From contig CAZKED010000024.1 of the NCBI GenBank assembly GCA_964551725.1, forward strand, positions 1-18,846: a DNA stretch of 18,846 nt, written 5' to 3'. The stretch comes from an uncultured archaeon (GTDB lineage Archaea > Iainarchaeota > Iainarchaeia > Iainarchaeales > DTGL01). The notes under the pieces were generated by a model. The model was not told the DNA's origin. It saw only the letters and a list, made by a program, of their open reading frames with translations, and ran no database searches. Shown in pieces: positions 15,281-18,846 of this stretch. Position numbers and translations under genes: made by a program. Position 1 is the first letter of the stretch; every line of letters begins with the position of its first letter.

Positions 15281-18200
15281 TCATTCACCTTTATAAGCCC
15301 ATCTCCCTTCCTTTTCCTTGGGCTTTCCCTTGAGCATTCCGCTGAACCTGCCGGGCTTTTTCTCCTTTACGTAGGTTTTTCCGACTGCCGCTCCCAAAGG
15401 GGTGGGCTTTTCCTTTTCCTTCGGCGGGGCTTTCTTTGCGTACAGTAAAACGAGAACTATTATGGCTATTGCGAAAGCCGCTAGTATTAAGAGCATCGGC
15501 GTGAATGCTTCCCCTGCTGGCACAGCGGGCACTTCCTGCGTTATTTCCTCGAAGTCCTCCTCGCTGAGTTCAGTGTCCTGGGAAAAGAAAATCGGCGGAA
15601 TTGCGAAGTCCTGTTCAATCCTTGAAAGTAAGACATCCGCCTTTGATTTTGTTATGGGTTCCTTTAACTGGTATGTTATTTCCAGTGTGCCGCCCTGTTC
15701 CATGCCGCTGACATCGAATACTATTATAGGGTCGTCCTTTATTACTGTGAATTCCGCTGTCGAAACCAAGCCCGCGGCGTAGTATGACAGAGACTTGGGC
15801 ACTATTTCGACTATCTGCACATTTTCATCGTTCAAATCGCTTGAAAAGGAGAAAACCACCACCACGAGGAACTCCGGGTTGTCCCCGTCCTTTACCTGCA
15901 CTACCTTTATTTTCCTCACCGGCTGCTTGCCCAGCGAGTTCTCCAGTGCCCTGTCGATGAGTTCCTTTTTTATTTTGAGACCGCTCAATGCAGCCCTTAT
16001 TTCCTCCTCGGTGAACGTCTTTTCCATGCTCTCGTATTCCTCCACCGAAAAGGTTTCGCAGATCTGCTTGTATTTTTCCTCCGCGAGTTTCGCGCTTTCC
16101 TCTGCTGCAGCGTAATTCTTTTCCTCTAATGCTGTCTGCGCGTCAGCCAGCGCGTTGTCCGCTGCTTCCTTGAGGTTAAGGAATTCGACCGGCAGGGAAT
16201 CAAAGAATTCCCCGAACTGTCCTTCAAGCAAATCGCTTTTTTCCTTTGAGGCGTTCGCCAGCGCTATTGCGTCGTCCGCTTTCTTTTTGTTCTCGTCCGC
16301 TGTCTGTTTCACTCTCACCGTTAACGTGGCTTCCTCGCTGTTTCCCGCTTTGTCTGTCGCAACCGCTTTGAGCGTGTGCTCGCCGTCGGATACGCTTGTC
16401 GTATCCCACTGCTCTGTGTATTCGTTTGCTCCGCTTTTTGTTTTGACAGTGGAAATCTTGGTGCTGTTCCTGTAAAACGTGACGTTTTCTATGCCTGACT
16501 CGCTGTCTTTTGCTTCCACTACAAGGTTTGTCTTGTCCGAAACTATTTCCCCGGCTGCAGGTTCTTTCCATTCAACGCTCGGTTTTGCAGTATCCACTGT
16601 TACGAGTTTTTCGGGCTTGTATACTTCCCCGTCCTCGTCCTCCGCTTCAACTTCGATTTCGTACGTGCCGTCCTCGTCCTCGCCGAAGGTGTAGTCCGTT
16701 GAAAAACTGCTCGAATTCACTCCCGACCTCAGTTTCTCCCTGTCGCCGTCGGGGTGCCTAAGGTAAAGGTATGCATTGTACATTTTCCCGTTGGTCGAGG
16801 TCACTTTTATTGTGATTTCCCCTGCCTTGGTGTAGCGCGGAGCGTCGATTGTTATTTCAATGCCCTCTTCGCCGCTTGCCGTGGCGGATTTTTCGTTGGT
16901 TTCATCGCTGTAATTCCCTGCATAATCCCTTGCTCTCACAACGTAATAGTATTTCTTTCCCGATGAAACATCCTCGTCGGTGTAGGAAGTGTCGTCGCCG
17001 TCCACTCTCGTCAGATAGTCGTCGTCCACGTCCACGTTGCTGCTCGTGCTCCTGTAAATGTAGTAGTATTCTATTCCGCTTGTGTCGTCGCTTGAGTCGT
17101 CCCATGAAAGCTTTATGTCGCCGTCGCTCTGCACGTTTAAAGTGAAATCGTCGGGCTCGCTAGGCTCCTCCGTGTCAATTCCTATTTTGTAGTGGTCGGT
17201 GCTGCCCCAGGTCGTGCCGTTGTAGGCGCGGACATGGAACCAGTATTTTCCATCGTTCTTGTTGGTATAATTTTGCGAAGTCCCTGTCTTGTGGTCGTCT
17301 CCCGCATCCGGATTATAGTCCGAGGTTCCGTTTAAAGCGTAATAGTAATTAATGTTTGTTCCCGTTACAGTGGTCCAAGTGAATTGCGGGTCGTTGCTGG
17401 TATTCCATCCCCCCTCGTCGTGTGTGGAGAAAGAAATCGTCGGGGTGCCGGGCGTGCCTCCTGCCGAAGTGCTGCAGCCCGAACTCGCAGGAGAAGGACC
17501 GCTTTCGTTGCCGCTTTTGTCCACAACGCTTATTTTGTAGTAATATGTGGTGCCTGTTGAAAGATTGTTGGAATCCGTAGCATTGCAATTGCCGCCGCTG
17601 CAGTTTCCCGAATGAAGCACTTTTTTCACCCTCTTGTTGTTGTCAGCGTTGAATGTCTGCGAGGTTGACCTGTAAACATAGTACTGGTGGACATCTGCTT
17701 CGGTTGAAGCAACCCAGGTAAGTGGAATGTCAGAACCCCCAGAGGTGCAGCTTGGCCCGCCTAAAAGTTCTGCGGGCTTTTTTTCGTCATTGTAGTTGAA
17801 GTCCGCGTTTTGGGTTCTCTGGTTTCCCGCTTTGTCTTTTTCCGTGATTTCAATGGAATAAGTGCCTGTTTGCAACAGCAAGCCCGTTTCCTGGTATGAA
17901 CAGGTATAGCTGTTGGTGTCATCTTTTTCCGTGCAGTGGTTTTGTGCGTTGAAAACTGTGGATTGCTGACCGTTTATTTTGACAACAATTGCAGAGAGGT
18001 CAATGCCGCTGAGGTCATCATTCAAGTCGAACGATATTATTTGGATGTTTTGGCCTATGTCGTTCTGGTCAATCTTGCTGTATGGTGCGGTTGTGTCTAT
18101 GATTATCCAGCCTGTTTTTTGGATTTCGTTCTGATCCAAGGCGTCACTGCCGTAAAAATCAACGGTGTGCAGCCCTTCCCCGGCAATCGGGAAGGATGCA

Positions 18201-18745
18201 GGAATAGTGCTAGAGTAATTCCACCCTGTGCCGTCAATATTATATGCAATCACATTGCATCCGGCGCCCCCTGCCGCGGGGTTGTCTGCGCAGCTGATGG
18301 AAACGGTGAACGGATCATCGCTCGTAATTTCCCCGTTGGGGGAGAAAGCCGTGGTCGGGGGGGACATGTCGAGGCTTATCGAGTCGTTTGCGCTCAGGGA
18401 AATTGTTTCATCATTAAGGTCGCACCTTACCCATGCGTAAACTGTTTTAGGACCCTCGTCATCGTTGCAGTTCGGAAGGTCAGCCTCAGTGAAATCGATG
18501 TTCGTGCTCGCACTGAATGCTTTCCATGCTCCTACAGTATCCTGGCAGTTGAATGCCATTTGTGGGTTGGCTTTCCCGTCGCAGTAGTTCCATGTGACAT
18601 TAAGAGCTGCCGGGTTAATAACAGAGTTTGTATGCGTGTCGCCGCCTTTAATCACAAAGCTGTCTATTACGGGAACAGCCGAAAAAGAGAATTCAAACAA
18701 AAGAATTAAAGAAAAAATTACCAAAAACGCGTTTTTTTTATTCAA
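15281..18745 (-). CDS. Large membrane-anchored surface protein with Ig-like and fibronectin type III domains
   Basis: Signal peptide NKKNAFLVIFSLILLFEFSFSA. FN3 motifs (LTW..YYVYRS..TYYYKISVVDKSGNES and LSW..YYIYRS..YYYVVRARDYAGN), Ig-like WDTT.VSDGEHTLKAVATDKAGN, Ala/Glu-rich helical stalk, C-terminal TM helix and basic tail. TTG 18745 has a GGGGGGA SD; the ORF track start is 18778. Confidence 0.85.
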   Translation of the reverse strand: MNKKNAFLVIFSLILLFEFSFSAVPVIDSFVIKGGDTHTNSVINPAALNVTWNYCDGKANPQMAFNCQDTVGAWKAFSASTNIDFTEADLPNCNDDEGPKTVYAWVRCDLNDETISLSANDSISLDMSPPTTAFSPNGEITSDDPFTVSISCADNPAAGGAGCNVIAYNIDGTGWNYSSTIPASFPIAGEGLHTVDFYGSDALDQNEIQKTGWIIIDTTAPYSKIDQNDIGQNIQIISFDLNDDLSGIDLSAIVVKINGQQSTVFNAQNHCTEKDDTNSYTCSYQETGLLLQTGTYSIEITEKDKAGNQRTQNADFNYNDEKKPAELLGGPSCTSGGSDIPLTWVASTEADVHQYYVYRSTSQTFNADNNKRVKKVLHSGNCSGGNCNATDSNNLSTGTTYYYKISVVDKSGNESGPSPASSGCSTSAGGTPGTPTISFSTHDEGGWNTSNDPQFTWTTVTGTNINYYYALNGTSDYNPDAGDDHKTGTSQNYTNKNDGKYWFHVRAYNGTTWGSTDHYKIGIDTEEPSEPDDFTLNVQSDGDIKLSWDDSSDDTSGIEYYYIYRSTSSNVDVDDDYLTRVDGDDTSYTDEDVSSGKKYYYVVRARDYAGNYSDETNEKSATASGEEGIEITIDAPRYTKAGEITIKVTSTNGKMYNAYLYLRHPDGDREKLRSGVNSSSFSTDYTFGEDEDGTYEIEVEAEDEDGEVYKPEKLVTVDTAKPSVEWKEPAAGEIVSDKTNLVVEAKDSESGIENVTFYRNSTKISTVKTKSGANEYTEQWDTTSVSDGEHTLKAVATDKAGNSEEATLTVRVKQTADENKKKADDAIALANASKEKSDLLEGQFGEFFDSLPVEFLNLKEAADNALADAQTALEEKNYAAAEESAKLAEEKYKQICETFSVEEYESMEKTFTEEEIRAALSGLKIKKELIDRALENSLGKQPVRKIKVVQVKDGDNPEFLVVVVFSFSSDLNDENVQIVEIVPKSLSYYAAGLVSTAEFTVIKDDPIIVFDVSGMEQGGTLEITYQLKEPITKSKADVLLSRIEQDFAIPPIFFSQDTELSEEDFEEITQEVPAVPAGEAFTPMLLILAAFAIAIIVLVLLYAKKAPPKEKEKPTPLGAAVGKTYVKEKKPGRFSGMLKGKPKEKEGRWAYKGE

Positions 18746-18846
18746 AAAAATCCCCCCGAATGCATTTAACCCAACCAATAATTATGTATAAGTTCTGTGA
18801 GGCTTTTCCTTCTTAAATTTACTTATATTATTCACTGGCAAATGTT

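Noticed and set aside
1294-18709. Many antisense or alternate-frame ORFs (e.g. 1294-1920, 9103-9852, 17936-18709)
   Set aside because: They lie within well-supported genes, are Phe/Ser/Leu-rich mirror translations and show no motifs.

Overview
Ordinary-looking archaeal chromosomal segment. An HMf-type histone, L44e, form III RuBisCO, an archaeal geranylgeranyl reductase, tRNA-Gln with A1-U72, TATA boxes and GGTGA/GAGGTG ribosome-binding sites all indicate Archaea; a DPANN lineage such as Iainarchaeota/Diapherotrites is my guess only. Gene order: rpl44e, winged-helix hypothetical, pckA, beta-propeller lipoprotein, tRNA-Gly(CCC), ERCC4 nuclease and Hef helicase as two genes, histone, cmk, an operon rbcL(III)-nadE-[NadD fused to O6-alkylguanine alkyltransferase], DUF192, small hypothetical, uppS, tRNA-Gln(CTG), a lower-GC SAM methyltransferase, GGR, and a large FN3/Ig surface protein. 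No CRISPR array, transposase or integrase is visible. The most notable items are the NadD-AGT fusion translationally coupled to RuBisCO and NAD synthetase, Hef split right after a PIP-box with a tRNA 1 nt behind the nuclease stop codon, a candidate structured ~100-nt RNA at 11253-11357, a C33 tRNA-Gln, and recurring inverted repeats enclosing TATA boxes.
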